A stretch of DNA of 64,000 bases from the human T2T-CHM13v2.0 reference genome, Homo sapiens (GCF_009914755.1 NC_060930.1), one strand, 5' to 3'; shown: positions 11,598 through 26,581, numbered from the stretch's first letter. Notes: a model not told the origin generated them from the letters alone. Numbers and translations: made by a program.

Positions 11598-13139
11598 AAA
11601 AAAAAGAAAGTAGATTATTAACAATTTGATGCTCCCTATATTTTCTTTCTGGTACCCTGGAGGTTGCTATCACTGTAAGCTCTGTTTGAAGGATTTGTTG
11701 CTATTCTCAAAACAAGTAAATGATGGAAAAAGAACATTGTAATAAACATCTAATCTTAATAGAAATACTTCAATCCTGAAAAATTTTTTATATTTTACTC
11801 AGAAAATGTAATTATATAAAGTGGTTGCCATTGTGTGAAATGTACACAAGTATTTAAGAAATAGGATTATTTGATTCAAGAGAAACCATATCAGACAAAA
11901 AGCACAGTATAAGCAGCACAAACTTTTTCAACAAAGCAACATTATTATTTGAGTGTCAGTTTTCAAGGCATAGTAAAAATATTTACATGTTACCTATTTG
12001 GAAAGTACTTAAAAATAAGGCTACTTATTCACTAAAATGTACAGTACATAGGTACAAACATAGGTTCTAAAAACGCCTGGCTGAATACTTTAAAGCAGAA
12101 AATATACAGTCATCATTAAGTCCTTGAACTGCTTGGGTTTTCTCAGTAATTTCACAACTACAGGGATAAAGGTATAACACAAAGACTTAGGATAAGGGAT
12201 AAAGGTTTCAAAGTTGAGAAGTACTATAGTTGTTTGAGAAATTACAAAAGCCAAGTGTCCCTGTGATTCTCCCAGTTCTGACCACAAGAAAAATAGTAAG
12301 GGGGACTGCCTAGAAGCTGCTGAGGATATCAGCAATCTGTAGAGTAAAGGCAGCAAATTGATATCATTAGTGTCCATAAAATAAGAGCAATAAAACTGTA
12401 CCAAAATGGAGATGCTCAGGACTTCACTTTCCAAGTACAGCAAAAAAAAAAAAAAATGAAAAAAAACTACTTCACAAGAACATAAAAATAAAAATTTCCT
12501 TCAATAAAAAAAAAAATCTATCAAGTGGCTACTTTTTGCAATAGCAATGCTTAGTAGTATAGAGAATTCAAATAGAAACAAGATCTTTTTCTGAAACTAT
12601 TATGAGATTGAAATGTATTATAAGTAATACATTTCTGGATACTATTTTATCATAATCAAAGTTTTTGTGAAATAATGGAAATTGCATTGAACAAACATCT
12701 ACTCATGCAGAAAAAATGAATTGTCTTTAATGAAAAGTTCCCATGCATACCCTTTCTTTCTAATTACCTACTGCTGAATATTTAATTGTGACACTAGGTG
12801 TTTTGTTTTGCTAGTGGGAAGTTAATTTAGCTGTTGCTTTGTAAATAATTTTGTATATTATAATCTATTACATAGCTGAACAACAATGTATATGAGAAAA
12901 TACTCATGATATTTTCTTTTGCAGAACACACATGAATTCACTGTACCCCCATATCATGTTGATTTGTACATGAATTCATTATACTAATATGTAATGAGCC
13001 CTTGTCCTGTGGCAAGCACTGTGCTAGACGCGGGAGGTGGGGGGCAGGTGTTTAAAAGAACAATGATGGGTTCAAATAGGCAAGTAAATCGGTGCAATAA
13101 GTGGTAAACATGATCAATTTCCTTGCTAAAGAGTCATTA

Positions 13140-14057
13140 TGTAAGTAGAATTCCAATATGGTTTCCAAGATCCCCACCACTAGTGTACATACCCCACGTA
13201 ATTCCCTCACTTTAAATGTGGGTGAGGCTGGGTGCAGTGGCTCACAACTGTATTCCCAGGACTTTGGGAGGCCAAGGTGGGAGGATTGTTTGAGGCCAGA
13301 AGTTTGAGACTAGTTTCAGCAACATAGTGAGACCCCTAGAGGTGGTGAAGAGATGGTGATAGGCACACCTATAGTCCCAGCTACTACTTGGGAGGCTAAG
13401 ATGGAAGGATCACTTGAGCTTGGGAGGTCAAGTCTGCAGCAAGCTGTGATTGAGCCACTGCATTTCAGCCTGGGAAACAGTGAGACTCTCTCTCTTAAGT
13501 AAATAAATCAATGTGGGTAAGATATGTGAATATGATTGAATGTCACTCCGTAATTGTTTACTTTATATGGAAGAAAAGATTGTGGATATAATTAAGTCCC
13601 AGAATCATAAGGGAGTCCATCAAAAGACACATTATCTTGAGTGGGTCTGACTAAATCAGGTAAGACTTTAAAAGAAGTCAGAGGCATTATCCTACTTGCC
13701 TCAAAGAAGCAAATGAAAGCTGTGTTTTATAAAGCTCTATGAGATAGGGAATGGCATCTGGTTTGCAGCAGCCAAGAACACTCTAGACAGCCAGTAAGAA
13801 AGAAAGACCAGAGTTCTAAAATCACAAGGAAGTAAATTTTACCAACAGCCAGTGAGCTTGGAAGAGAAACGTGAGCCTTAGATTAGCTCACAGTCCTGGC
13901 CAACCTTTTGATTTCAGTCTTGTGAGACCATGAGTAGAGAACTCAGTTAAACCATTCACAGATTTTTGACTTGCAGAAATTGTAAAATAAAAAATGTGAC
14001 TTGTATTAAATCTATAAGCTTGTGATAAGTTGTTATTCAGCACAGAAAAGTAATACA
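13140..14057 (+). mobile_element. MLT1-type (MaLR) LTR interrupted by an AluJ
   Basis: MLT1-like start and a ...gaaaagtaataca end; Alu inside with flanking aatgtgggt(g/a)a duplication. Confidence 0.65.
13226..13510 (+). mobile_element. AluJ, diverged
   Basis: ggctgggtgcagtggctcaca...gaggattgtttgaggccagaagtttgagac (J-type diagnostics). Confidence 0.88.
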
Positions 14058-14365
14058 GTCAAATATAAGGGCCACTAAGACATCTTCAGTGCTATTGGAA
14101 AGCCTACTGAACAGGTGATATTTGGAGTGAGCCCTAAGGAATCATCACACATTATCGAGGTTAGGCATGTGGGATACAGAAGGGGATGGGGAGAGTTTTC
14201 TAGAAGGATGAGGGCCAGAAGATGAGAAAGTTCAGGAGATTGAAAACAAATCAATATGAATGGAACACAAAATACAGGGAAGAAGGAGATGCATTACCAC
14301 ATTTAAGGAATTATAATATGCCATCGATTTTAAGGGAGTTTATTTTATGTGCCATTAAGGGTAGC

Positions 14366-14843
14366 ATGGTAGAAAAAATGATGCCCTCCCACTCCCTTCA
14401 CTACCTCCCTGTTGAAGATATCCAGCTCCTAATTCTGGAAACCTGCGAGTGCTATCTTATGTGGCCAATAAGAATTTGCAGATTTGATTAAGTTGAGGAT
14501 TTTGTTGTGGTAAGCTTATCCTATTTTATCTGGGTAGGCCCTAACTATAATCATAAGGGTCTTCCAAGGGCCTTTATAAGAGAGAGGCAAGAAGTTTAAA
14601 GGAGGAAGGTGACATGAAGATGAAAGCTGGAGTTTGGATTGATGCAAGGAAGGGGTCATGAGCCCAGGAACAAAGGCAGCCTCTAGAATCTAGTAAAGGC
14701 AAGAAAATAGAAGTCTTCAGAAGCAACACAACCCTGCAATACCTACCTCATTTTAGACTTTGGCCTCCAAATATATAAAATAATAAACTTGTGCAGTTTT
14801 AAGTTTGTGAAAATTAGTTACAGCCATTATAGGAAACTAATAA
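14366..14843 (+). mobile_element. MLT1D-like MaLR LTR
   Basis: ctcctaattctggaaacctgcgagtg...gaatttgcagatttgattaag...ataggaaactaata pattern. Confidence 0.65.
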
Positions 14844-15386
14844 AGAGAGCAAAAACTGCCAGTTAAATTCTGATAAAGTATTTAAGACATCACTATTGTG
14901 AAAAACTCATCCCAATTTCAAAGATGCTTGTGTTAATATGTAATGTGTTAGTTATCACGCTAATTTGTGATGAAAATTGGGATGTGTTAAATGAAGTTCA
15001 CTAATTTGAAATAACATCTCCATAGGCTGGGACAAGATCCTACAAGTCTTTGTGATCTATAGAACATAAACCTGGTGTGCATTGAGGAACTGTTGAAAGC
15101 TTTCCTAAAAATGGAATAAAGTATGGTTGGTCTCCTTACAGAGAATCACATTGTATTGTATTTCTTAGTTGTATTTAAAAATATATATAATGCTGCTTTA
15201 TTTCTTTGAAGTTTTATTTTGCTGAAAACTATATTCTCTTAAATTAATGTTAAGAAGCTAAGGCACATTTTATCTGCATACATATTTGGTAGGAAAAATT
15301 AAAAACCTGTTTTTTATTAGTTTTTTACAATGATGTCATCAATTCAGAAAATAAAAAATGCTGAGGTTCCCACTGAAATTGTACCA

Positions 15387-15719
15387 CCGGGTGCAGTGGC
15401 TCACATCTGTAATCCCAGCACTTTGGGAGGCGGAGGTCGATGGATCATGAGGTCAAGAGACTGAGACCATCCTGGCCAACATGGTGAAACCTCGTCTCTA
15501 CTAAAAAAAAAAAAAAAAAAAAAAAAAAATTAGCTGGGCATGGTAGCGCACCCATGTAGTCCCAGCTACTCAGGAGGCTGAGGCAGGAGAATTTCTTGAA
15601 CCCAGGAGGCAGATGTTGCAGGGAGCTGAGATTGTGCCACTGCAATCCAGGCTGGCAGCAGAGCGAGACTCCACATCAAAAAAAGAAAGAAAAGAAAAGA
15701 AAAAGAAAAAAAAAAAAAC
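15387..15719 (+). mobile_element. Alu (AluSc-like) with expanded middle poly(A) and GAAA-type tail
   Basis: Dimeric Alu; ggatcatgaggtcaagagac diagnostic region. Confidence 0.92.
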
Positions 15720-15847
15720 AGGCGCCATGGCTCACACCTGTAATCCCAGCACTTTGGGAGGCCGAGGTGGACAAATCACCCGAGGTTAGGAGCTCAAGAC
15801 CCGCTTGGATAACATGGTGAAACCTCGTTTCTACTAAAAAAAAAAAG
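15720..15847 (+). mobile_element. Alu left arm directly after the previous Alu
   Basis: ggctcacacctgtaatcccagcactttgggaggccgagg...tctactaaaaa, then stops. Confidence 0.85.
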
Positions 15848-17164
15848 TATATATATATTTTTCCTCTAATTGAAATTTGCATCAAACTAGTACGTTACTT
15901 TCAAATGTATGGATGACTTTTGATATCAAGTTCATTATGATAAACTTCATATGTTCATATGTTAAACTTCTTAAAGAACATTGCAGTTTTAAGAGCTGTA
16001 AGTGGATATAGATGTTTACAAAAATGTGAAAATGCTAAGCATGTCTTCATATGAGTCTAGTAGCTTGAATTTTAGTTTCTCATGATTTAGATAAACTTAA
16101 AATCTGCGTTTAAAATGTTTAAAGTGATAACAAAAATTCAGATATTTAGAGAAACATAGTTAAAAAGTGAGTAAATAATAGGGTGGAGATAATCTTTCTG
16201 TGCAAGAGGCATCATGTAGGATATGTAAATTACAGAAGTCTTTAGTGAAATCCACTATAAAGTTAAATAAAGTAGAATCAAGTCATCCAACTTCAATAAT
16301 CAGCAATAAAAACATGAAAAGATTAGACTGGACAGTATAAATTCTGTTTCTGCAGTAATATCAAAGGACATATAGCAGGAAAACAGTTCTTTATGGAGCA
16401 TACCTCAACATATTAAAGATAAGTCCTAATTCTCTTTATATTTTCATAAAACTCATTATTCATATACTAAAGTTCTATGAAAAGACAGTCCTTTTTACTA
16501 AACAGAAGATCTAGCTAACACTGTATATCCTTAAGGGACATTAAGTGGTAATGGACATTGTATATCTTTAAGGGACATTAAGTGGTAGATATTTTGTGCA
16601 TTGTAAAAGACCAGAGATGGTTGCTGCTATCTATCATCTAGAAATTTTATGTAAACCAAGGAAGTCTGAGTGATGAATTTTATGGGGAGACATCATTTTT
16701 TCCCTCTCCCTATCCCATTCCCTCCCAGCTTCCTAGACTCTATTTACATTGGACAAATTTCTTCTCAAATCTAACAATGATTAGTGAGACAGAAAGCAAT
16801 GGAAATAACTCCACTTTCCACATAACCTTTAGAAATAATATGCTAATGGCAAATCTTATAGATGCATTTTACAAATATTGTCATAAATTGGAATATATTA
16901 TTAATGTACTTATTTTACTCTGAGAAAGCAAATTCGCTTTCCAGGTTGAATGCAAACATATGAAGTCAGTTATTTTCATTTTAAATTTATGACTTACACT
17001 TTTAAATAATTTTTTATTGTTTTAAAAAGCATACCTTCAAGTATTAATAAATAAAACATTAATATCCATGTTCATGTATGTTCTTTCTTGACCTCATTAA
17101 ATAGCAAATGAATTGATTTTTATCACTTCTTCATGTTAGTAAAATATTTTGTGAGTAATTAAAG

Positions 17165-17687
17165 TGAGAGTCAATAAAGCAGCCCCGCCAGTATCAGCTA
17201 AGCTGGACTGGCTGCATAATCGGACCCTGGTGCTTTTCTTTTGAGCGTAAACAATTTTATGGATCACCAAAATCAGACAAGGTCTGTGCTCATGAAGGAA
17301 CAAAATAAAAATAATATCACTCCACACTCATATCTGAGCACAGACAAAAACAATAAAGCTGTCTAAACCACAAAATGGCTAACATTCATCTTTCCTATCT
17401 CTTCTATAGTTCTTTACAAATTAAAGCTTTAGCTTTATTTGTAATAGGTAATGTTATTACCTTTTAGATAACAATTTTTGTAATACTCCCCTTTGTAACC
17501 TCATAGAGTAGAGGCCAAACTTCCTGGAACCACCTCCAGAGTCACTAAACCCAAGCTTGAATCTCAAGCCTCTGTTGAAACCCTCTTAACAAAGTGCTCC
17601 CAAATTCTTCATGGTATGGAGCCAATAAACTCAAGTTTGTCTAATGACAGGTGAATTTATGGTGGTCTTTAAGTGGAGAATGCCAAT
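17165..17687 (+). mobile_element. Old ERV1 LTR (MER67/MER31-like)
   Basis: 3' part aataaactcaagtttgtc...ggtggtctttaagtggagaatgcc resembles MER4-group LTR ends; boundaries approximate. Confidence 0.4.
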
Positions 17688-17789
17688 AAAGATACTTCTA
17701 CTTTTGACTAGAAATGAGAGTACTTGTGTCTATTTTTCTGTGATCGATAAAAAAACACACTGCATTCTCACAGATGTGTAATATATGTA

Positions 17790-18263
17790 TGTATTGGTAT
17801 GCTAGGGCAACCATATCAAAGCACCACAAACTGGGTGGCTTAAACAACAGACAGTTAGTGTTTGACCATTCTGGAGTCTAGAAGTCCATGATCAAGGTCT
17901 TGGCAGGGTTGGTTCCTTCTGAGGGCTGTAAGAGAGAATGTGTTCCATGTCTCTCCTCTAGCTTCCTGTGTTTTTCTGACAATCTTTGGCATCCCGTAGT
18001 TGTAGATGCATCACCCTGATCTCTACCTTTATCTTCACATGAAGGTCTCTCTCAATATTTGTCTGTGTCTAAGTTTTCCCTTTTGTTAAGGACACCAGTT
18101 ATATTGGATTAAGGGCCCACCTACTCCAGTATATCCTCATTTTAATTTAACAAATTACATCTGAACTGATCCTATTTCCAAATAAGGTAATATTATTACA
18201 ATAAAGTGCTAAGTAATTAGGACAACAATATAATTTTGGGAGGACACAACTCAATCAAATACA
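17790..18263 (-). mobile_element. MLT1C-like MaLR LTR
   Basis: tgtattggtatgctagggcaaccatatcaaagcaccacaaactgggtggcttaaacaacag...ggacaccagttatattggattaagggcccacc. Confidence 0.8.
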
Positions 18264-19375
18264 ATGTGTTTTGATGTGAAGGAAGCATAAGAGGTTTTTC
18301 TGTATGTTGGTTTTTGTTTTTTGGTTTGTTTGTTTGTTTAGAAGTTTTTTTTTAAAAGACCATGTTCTTCTAATTGTTCTCTACTAAAACTTTCTCATAT
18401 TTCCTCTAAGGTTACCTTTAGTGAAGCCTGTATGCATACCCTGTGTGCATATGTTTGCTTGTTGTTTAGTAGTTCTGAATTGTATTGTTGTTGTTGTTTA
18501 AATATAGCTAGATTGTGCTTTTTGCAATCTTAGCTTAAATAATATTTTAAAAATCATAGGTACAAAAAAATTGACCTTACTGTATGACATCATTTTGGAT
18601 TCTAGAAATAAAAATAAAGCTTATAAGATTATCTCAATGAACACAAAATGGGGACCAGAATAAGTGGCATAAATGTAGAACGAGAAAGACTGGGTGCCAT
18701 ATTTTGTATCAATCCAATGATTTCACCACTTGGATTTTATTTTTGGGTACCATATGGTTTAGATTAAGATAAACCCATTGATAATAATTTCAGTCTAATA
18801 GGAAAATTATTTCTTTATATTAAAATTTTTGTGAATCTAGGTACCACCATAGAAGCACAGACTAAACATTCTTATTCTTTTTACATTTTTTCTCACGTTT
18901 CTAAAAATATTTAATTGAACATTATATCTCTTAAACCACTCTCACTGCCACTTCCAAAATCCTTGTCCTGTTATTTTTCTGTCATATCTATTTTATAAAA
19001 ATTCAGCCATTCACACAAGACAATGTGTGGCTAACAATGTGGACACAACATTCCAAAGAGCTTGGATCCAAACCCTTGCTTGATCCTTAAGTAGACACGT
19101 GATCTTAGGCATATGACATTTCCATGCCTCTGATTTCTGATACCTAACATAGAGATAATAACATCACACAACTCATAGGTTTGTAGTACAAAATAAATGA
19201 CATAAGGTATGTTAAGCATTTCAAAAAGTACCTGCCAAGCACCATATTAATTTAAGACATTAATATCATTATCTCTGTCCATTTGCCTAGCTTGCTGATT
19301 ATTTCTGGTAAGACAACAGGAATTATCTCAAAATCAAAATTTCTAACTCCAGGTAGGCACCCAACTCTTAGTAAT

Positions 19376-21711
19376 TGTATTAGTCCATTCTCATGAGGCC
19401 AATAAAGACATCCCTGAGACTGGGTAATTTGTAAAGGAAAGAGGATTAATTGATTCACAGTTCAACGTGGCTGGGGAGGCCTCAGGAAACAATTGTGGCA
19501 GAAGGGGAAACAAACATGTCCCTCTTCACATGGCGGCAGCAAGGAGAAGTGCCGAGCAAAATGGGGAAAAGCCCTTTATAAAATCATCAGATCTTATGAG
19601 AACTCAGTCACTATCATGAGAACGGCAAGAGAGTAACCCACCCCCATGATTCAATTACCTCACACCAGGACCCTCTCACAACACATGGGGATTATGGGAA
19701 CTACAATTCAAGATGAGATTTGGGTGGGGAGACAGCCAAACCATGTCATTCTACCCTGGCCCCTCCCAAATCTCATGTCCTCACAATTTAAAACACAATC
19801 ATGCCCTTACGATAGTACCCCAACATCTTAACTCATTCCAGCATTAACTCAAAAGTCCAATCCAAAGTCTCATCTGAGACAAGGCAAGTCCCTTCTACCT
19901 ATGAGCCTGTAAAATCAAAAGCAAGTTAGTTACTTCCTAGATACAATGTGAGTATAGGCATTGGGTAAATGGACCCATTTCAAAAGGGAGAAATTAACCA
20001 AAACATAGAGGCCACAGGCCCCATGGAAGTCTGAAATCCAATAGGGCAGTCATTAAATCTTAAAGTTCCAAAATGGTCTCCTTTGCTCCATGTCTCACAT
20101 CCAGATCACATCCCATGGCTTTGGGCAGCTCTGTCCCTGTGGTTTTGCAGGGTACGGCTCTCGATCCTAGCTGCTTTCACAGGCTGGCATTGGGTGTCTG
20201 CTACTTTTCCAGGGGCACGGTGCAAGCTGTCAGTGGATTTACCATTCTTGGGTCTGGAGGACTGTGGCTCTCTTCTCACAGCTCTACTAGGCAGTGCTCC
20301 AGTGGGGATTCTGTGTGGGGGCTCCAACCCCACATTTCCCTACTGCACTGCCCTAGCAGATGTTCTCTGTGAGGGCTCCACCCATGAAGCCCACCTCTGC
20401 CTGGACATCCAGATGTTTCCATACATCCTCTGAAATCTAGGTGGCGGTTTCCAAACCTCAATTCTTGTCTTCTGAGTGCCTGCAGGACCAACACCACATG
20501 GAAGCTGCCAAGGCTTGGGACTTGCACCCTCTGAAGCCACAGCCTGAACTGTACATTTCCCTTTTTTAGCTATGGCTGGAGCAGCTGGGATGCAGGGCAC
20601 CAAGTCCCAAGGCTGCACACAGCAGTGGGGCCCGGGACCCAGTCCAGCAAACCATTTTTCCCTTTTAGATCTCCAAGCCTGTGATGGGAGGGGCTGCCAT
20701 GAAGGCCTCTGACATGTCCTAGAGACACTTTCCCCATTGTCTTGGTGATTAACATTCTGCTCCTCATTACTTTTGCAAATTTCTGCTGCTGGTTTGAATT
20801 TCTCCCCAGAAAATTGGCTTTTATTTTCCAGTGCATCATCAGGCTGCTGCAAATTTTCCAAACTTTTATGCTCCGCTTCCTTTTGGATGCTTTGCTGCTT
20901 AGAAATTGCTTCTGCTAAATATCCTAAATCATCTCTCTCAAGTTCAAAGTTCCACAGATCTCAAGGACAGGGGCAAAATACCATCAGTCTCTTTGCTAAA
21001 GCATAACAAGTGTCACCTTTGCTCTAGTTCCCAACAAGTTCCTCATCTCCATATGAGACCACCTCAGCCTCAACTTTATTGTCCATATCACTATCAGCAT
21101 TTTGGTCAAAGCCAATCAACAAGGCTCTCAGAAGTTCCAAACTTTCCCACATCTTCCTGTCTCCTGATTCCTTCATGTCTCTAAGAAGTTCCAAATGTTC
21201 CCACATTTTTCTGTCTTTTTCTGAGCCATCAAAACTCTTCCAGCCTCTGCCTGTTACCTAGTTTCAAGCTCAATTCCACATTTTTGGGTATCTTTAGAGC
21301 AGCACCTCATTACCCAGTAGCAGTTTACTGTACTAGTACATTCTCATCATGCTAATAAAGACATAATTGAGACTGGGGTAATTTCAAAGGGAAAGAGGTT
21401 TAAGTGACTCACTGTTCAGCATGGCTGTGGGAGCCTCAGGAAAGTTACAGTCATGGCAAAAGGAGAAGCAAACACATCCTTCTTTACATAGTGGCAGTAA
21501 GGAGAACTGCTGAGCAAAAGAGGGGAAAGCCCTTTATAAAATCATCACACCTTGTGAGAACTCACTCACTCACTATTACAAGAACAGCAGCATGGGGTAA
21601 TAATCCCCATGATTCAATTACCTCCCACTGGGTCCCTCCCACAACATGTGGGAATTATGAGGACTACAATTCAAGATGAGATATGGGTGGGAACACAGCC
21701 AAATCATATCA
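19376..21711 (-). mobile_element. Full-length THE1 element (LTR 19376-19748, internal, LTR 21329-21711)
   Basis: Two similar LTRs with TG...CA ends, THE1-int sequence between them, and perfect 5-bp TSD GTAAT (19371-19375, 21712-21716). Confidence 0.93.
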
Positions 21712-22124
21712 GTAATAATTTAACATATATTTCTTCAATTTCTATAATGGTGTGTTTTAGCTGCCTAGCGTCTATCCATTAGCATCCAGATTTTCTGGTG
21801 GAGGATTTCTTTTTTCTCCTAAGTCTGTGCTTAGCTGAAAGATCATTTTTAACCTTATTTATCCCACTGCCTACATAGTGCTACAGAACCCCAGGTGACT
21901 AGATGCTTCCTCCATTTGCTCTCTGGCTTACCAAAAGAGGCATATTATGCCAGTTTATCTAATTGGATAAAAAGAAAGCTTCAGAAGGCATGCTTATTGC
22001 GATAGTAACAATAATAGCTGGTGTAGCATTGGTGGTGTTAGGTGGATTTTAAGCAGGAAGAGGAGTACTGATGATGACATCTTGGCTAGGCTGTTATGGC
22101 TATTTCTATTCTTTCTGTAGCTCT

Positions 22125-22805
22125 TCCCAAATAAGCAAAAACTGATCAAATTTATTGCCAGTGGATCAACCCTACAAGGAATACTAAAGGGAATCTTCTG
22201 GCTGAAATAAACTCTCATTAGACAGTTACTTGAATCCATAAAAGGAAATAAAGAGCATTGATAAAGGTAATACACAGGTAAATTTTAAAAGAAGTACATA
22301 TATAAAACTAAATATATTATATATTAATATATATTATTTTTTAAACATAAATACAATATATGTAATACAATTTTATTTTTCTATTTAATTTAAAAGGCAT
22401 CTACATAAGTCAGTATTTATAAAACTTCATTGTTAAACTTATAATGCATAAAGACATCATTTGTATGACATAGTACAATGGAGGGAGGGAGAGAATATAG
22501 AGATATGTTGTATCAAGGTTTTTATATACTATTGAAATTGTTAACATTAATTTGAAAGAAGTCAGTCACAAAAGACCACATATTGTACAATTCCATTTAT
22601 ATTACATGTCCAGAATAGGAAAATTTATAAAGAAAGAAAGTTGATCAGTAGGAAGAGAGGACTGTTAATGGGTATGGCTTTTATTTTGGTGGTGGTGAGA
22701 TGTTCTTATTAGATTATGATGATGAGGGTTGCACAAGTTTGTGAATATCCTAAAATCCATTGAACTATTTACTTTCAGTAAATTTTATGAATTATATCTC
22801 AACTG
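22125..22805 (+). mobile_element. Old L1M 3' fragments
   Basis: gaaagaagtcagtcacaaaagaccacatattgtacaattccatttat... L1M 3'UTR-like; boundaries approximate. Confidence 0.55.
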
Positions 22806-25225
22806 AATATTGAATTTTATCTCAGTAAAGCTATTAACTTATAGTAAGTTAATATTATCTTTTTAATTATATTAACTGCGGTCACTGTTAAATCTTGGTT
22901 AGTCTCAGTTACCTTATTTATTGCTTGTGTCAGAAAAAGTTCAGATACCACATGCAATAAAAAAAAATCCAATTGAATTTCCAAATGATTATTTTTCTCC
23001 ACCACTGGAACAGATATAATACTCTAAATATAAAGAGATTTTTAATTTCAAAAGCTAGGCTTCAAGGGAGAAAAATTGTTGAAATTGTTTTCATTGTAGT
23101 GTTTGTTTTGTGTTTTTGTTGTTGTTGAAGTGGCGATAATTGTGGATTTCCTGACGTTGACATATGTTAATCCAAAATAAGAAAAATGGGAGAAGAAAGA
23201 GGAAAAAATTCATAGTTCCCACAATTTGCAGTAAGAAAAAGGACTAGAATTTTTTAATAGTCTCTCTTTTATAGTGAGACCTTCCAGTTTTGAAACCAGT
23301 TGAAGCAGCACAAGTGGACACAGAAATTTCTTCCATAGACAGAGGAGACTCGGGTTTGCTTGCAGCATGAAATCGCAAGAGCAGTCTTACAGGAAAGTAT
23401 GCACGTGTAGTGCAGGGCAATAATAAGGTAGGAATGGCAGTAGGGTAGTCAAACAGACGTTGATGTAACTTGCCCCTTCATATACCACCACCTAGTAAGC
23501 TGAGAGAAGATGCTGAATTCAAATTCTAGGTTAAACATCATACATAGCAGTCCAATAAATTAAATGATTTCAAGTAAAAAATGGTTTGTGAGGTTAAAAG
23601 TTTGGAAAACAGAACGTACTAGTCAAGATGGAAGGAGTCTCCTACTACATGCCATAGCCCTCTTCTTTAAAGCAAGAGCAAACCTCAGTCTTCTGGGTGG
23701 TCTGGTTTTGTCATCACTTTTTACAAAACTAACTTTAACTTGAGAAAATAGTAATTCATGTAAATCTGTAGCCTCTGTAAACTTCTATCATTGTGAATAC
23801 ATATAGCAATGCAATGAAAATATAGCTGGTGCTCATATGTCTAGGGAGCTTTTATTCACGAAGGAGGCCCACAAGATTTAAGTAGCATTCATAGCAATGA
23901 CATGATTTAATATTCATAAAAATGGCAAAACCTTACAACTTAAAACACCCCAGGTACTATTTTAAGTGATTTCTATAACCAAGTCATTGTATCCTCACAG
24001 AAAAACCTTAGTAGGTATTGTAGTCATTCCCATTCTTCCCTGAGGAAGTGGAGATGCAGGGCGATGTCTGTGGGGAGCCAGGCTTCTGTCCAGGCCCTGA
24101 GTCTATGAATTCAACCTCATTACAGGGCTGAGTGTTCTTCAGAATGCCCATGTGCTTCAGTTTTTCAGAATTCATGCGTCACGAATGTGGTTTACTTCTT
24201 CAAAATTGTATTTTTGTTTAACTTGAAGATATTGTAGGCATTTTCATATATAAATTCCATTTTTGCTTTTTATTCAATCACTAAGTTGCCAAAAAGTTGG
24301 AAATAATAGGTTTTGATAAATATGATTCCATTGTTTAATTCTTCAGATTCTTTGCAAGCAATATATTCATGTAGCTTTAAAAAAATCCCAAATATTATGT
24401 TCTAGGAACTAACATTTGATATTGTTTGAGAGTGCTTCAAAATGATTTTTTTAAATAACCGTGAAAAAGGTCAGCTATACCTCTAAGCTTTCACTGAGGA
24501 CTATCATCAGTCAAATGATTAGTTTCAGCAATTTCATGGCATAAATCCACAACTAGGGTGATTAAGGGTAGTGAATTTAGGTACAAGCCTAAAATTGAAT
24601 CAAATAGAAGCAGATAAATACCTCTACCTTATTCTCATATAATGAAACTCTTCTTATGTATGAAAAACATCACTATATTTTGAGAAATGCTAATTCACAT
24701 TTAAATTTCCAAGAAAAGTGCTCTTCTGAATATTTTAAAGATTATTCAATAGACTTTACAGAGTATATTTGTACCTATCATAAAATTAAAAATCAATATG
24801 CATTACCCACAAAAGTGTACAGTTGATAAACCATACTTAGCTATAGCAGATTTTAAGAGTTCTGACTTCCCTCAAATCCATTACATTAAACACTTCAACC
24901 AGCTAATGTCAAAACTGGAGCAATTGCATATCACCCCACTTAAAACAATACAGAAAAATGCACATATCATGTCTACTAAAATCTCTGCAATAATGAAAAT
25001 GAATTGATTTTAAACAAATGGATTTTAGTGAATGTATAAATCTGAATCCTTTGAGATATGCTAAATGTTTAACTCTGTTTTTGTATTAAATTTAATTTGC
25101 ATTTATGCATTTAGAGAATATATGTTATTCAAGCAGTAAAAAGATTGAAAATAATTATTTTGTTCAGTAAATAAACAGTAAAGAAACATGGTATAAGACT
25201 GGTACTCTGGTAGAGCTATGCATTC

Positions 25226-25360
25226 ATCCCAGCTGCGCAAGAGGCTGAGGCACGAGAACTGTTTGAACCCAGGAGGGAGAGGTTGCAGTGAGCTGAGATT
25301 GCCCCACTGCCCTCCAGCCTGGGCAACAGAGTGAGACATCATCTCAAAAAAATAAATAAG
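25226..25360 (+). mobile_element. Alu right-arm fragment
   Basis: atcccagctgcgcaagaggctgaggcacgaga...cagcctgggcaacagagtgagac plus A tail. Confidence 0.85.
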
Positions 25361-26267
25361 AGGAAGAAAAACAAAACAATTTCTTGCTTCCTGAATCTTG
25401 AATTTTAGGTAACAGAACAGATGTCTGTCAGTGAGAGAAATATGTGTTTTAATGATGTTCTATAAAGGGTACACTGGGATACAAAGGAGGACCATTAGAA
25501 AAAACTCCCCAGGGCAGAGAAACTTCCACACAACTTTCTCAAGATTAATACAGTGAGTCACTCATACAAGAGCTTATTTTAAAACTCAGTCCATAAATAC
25601 AAAATTCCTAATAAACTGTCTGAAAGTACTCTAAATTGCCATATGTATTTTTTTATTCAATTCTGTGTCAGTGTCTCTCATTCTTCATCAGTCGTTACTT
25701 TTCTATGATCTTCTAGTAATTCTTCAGTCCCTCTCTTACAGATTGAAAAAGACTTCTTCAGTCGCTTCTTTTATTTATGAAATCTTTACATAGCCTTTCT
25801 AATATGACATGGTTTATATTAACTCTATCCACTGTTAGTTTCATAAATGAAACAGGGTTATTATTAGGCAAACATAATTAATTCAGGTGCTCTAAATACT
25901 GTAGGCTGGAACTGCACTGTAGACATTCTCCAGAAAATAACTAAATGAAGATTGTTTAGAATTTAACAATTAGAGTTGTTAATTGTTGAATTCTAAACTT
26001 TCTTAACAGAAGCATAAAAGTAATAGGAAGGAAATGCATTCCAGGCCAAAGGGACTCATGAAAAAAAGACCAGGGGTATGACCAGAAATAAAACAAACAT
26101 GTAGGAAGGCATTTATGCACAGATGAATGGGCTACAAATAAGGGAGGGGATGTTATATGGGCCTGCGTTGCCTTCCTGTGTCAGAAGGTGCATTAGGAGA
26201 GCACAGTCCAAAGTCCACCTAGCATTTTGGAAAATACTGTCAAGAAACAAGTAAAGATTCAGATATT

Positions 26268-26581
<314 letters not shown>

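Noticed and set aside
20073-21261. Cluster of overlapping ORFs up to 173 aa
   Set aside because: All lie within THE1-int; typical decayed MaLR frames. The same applies to the MST-int, LTR, Alu and L1 5'UTR ORFs.
23270-23460. Non-repetitive, slightly GC-richer stretch as another lost exon
   Set aside because: No EGF cysteine pattern or convincing splice-site pair found by eye; conservation cannot be assessed here.
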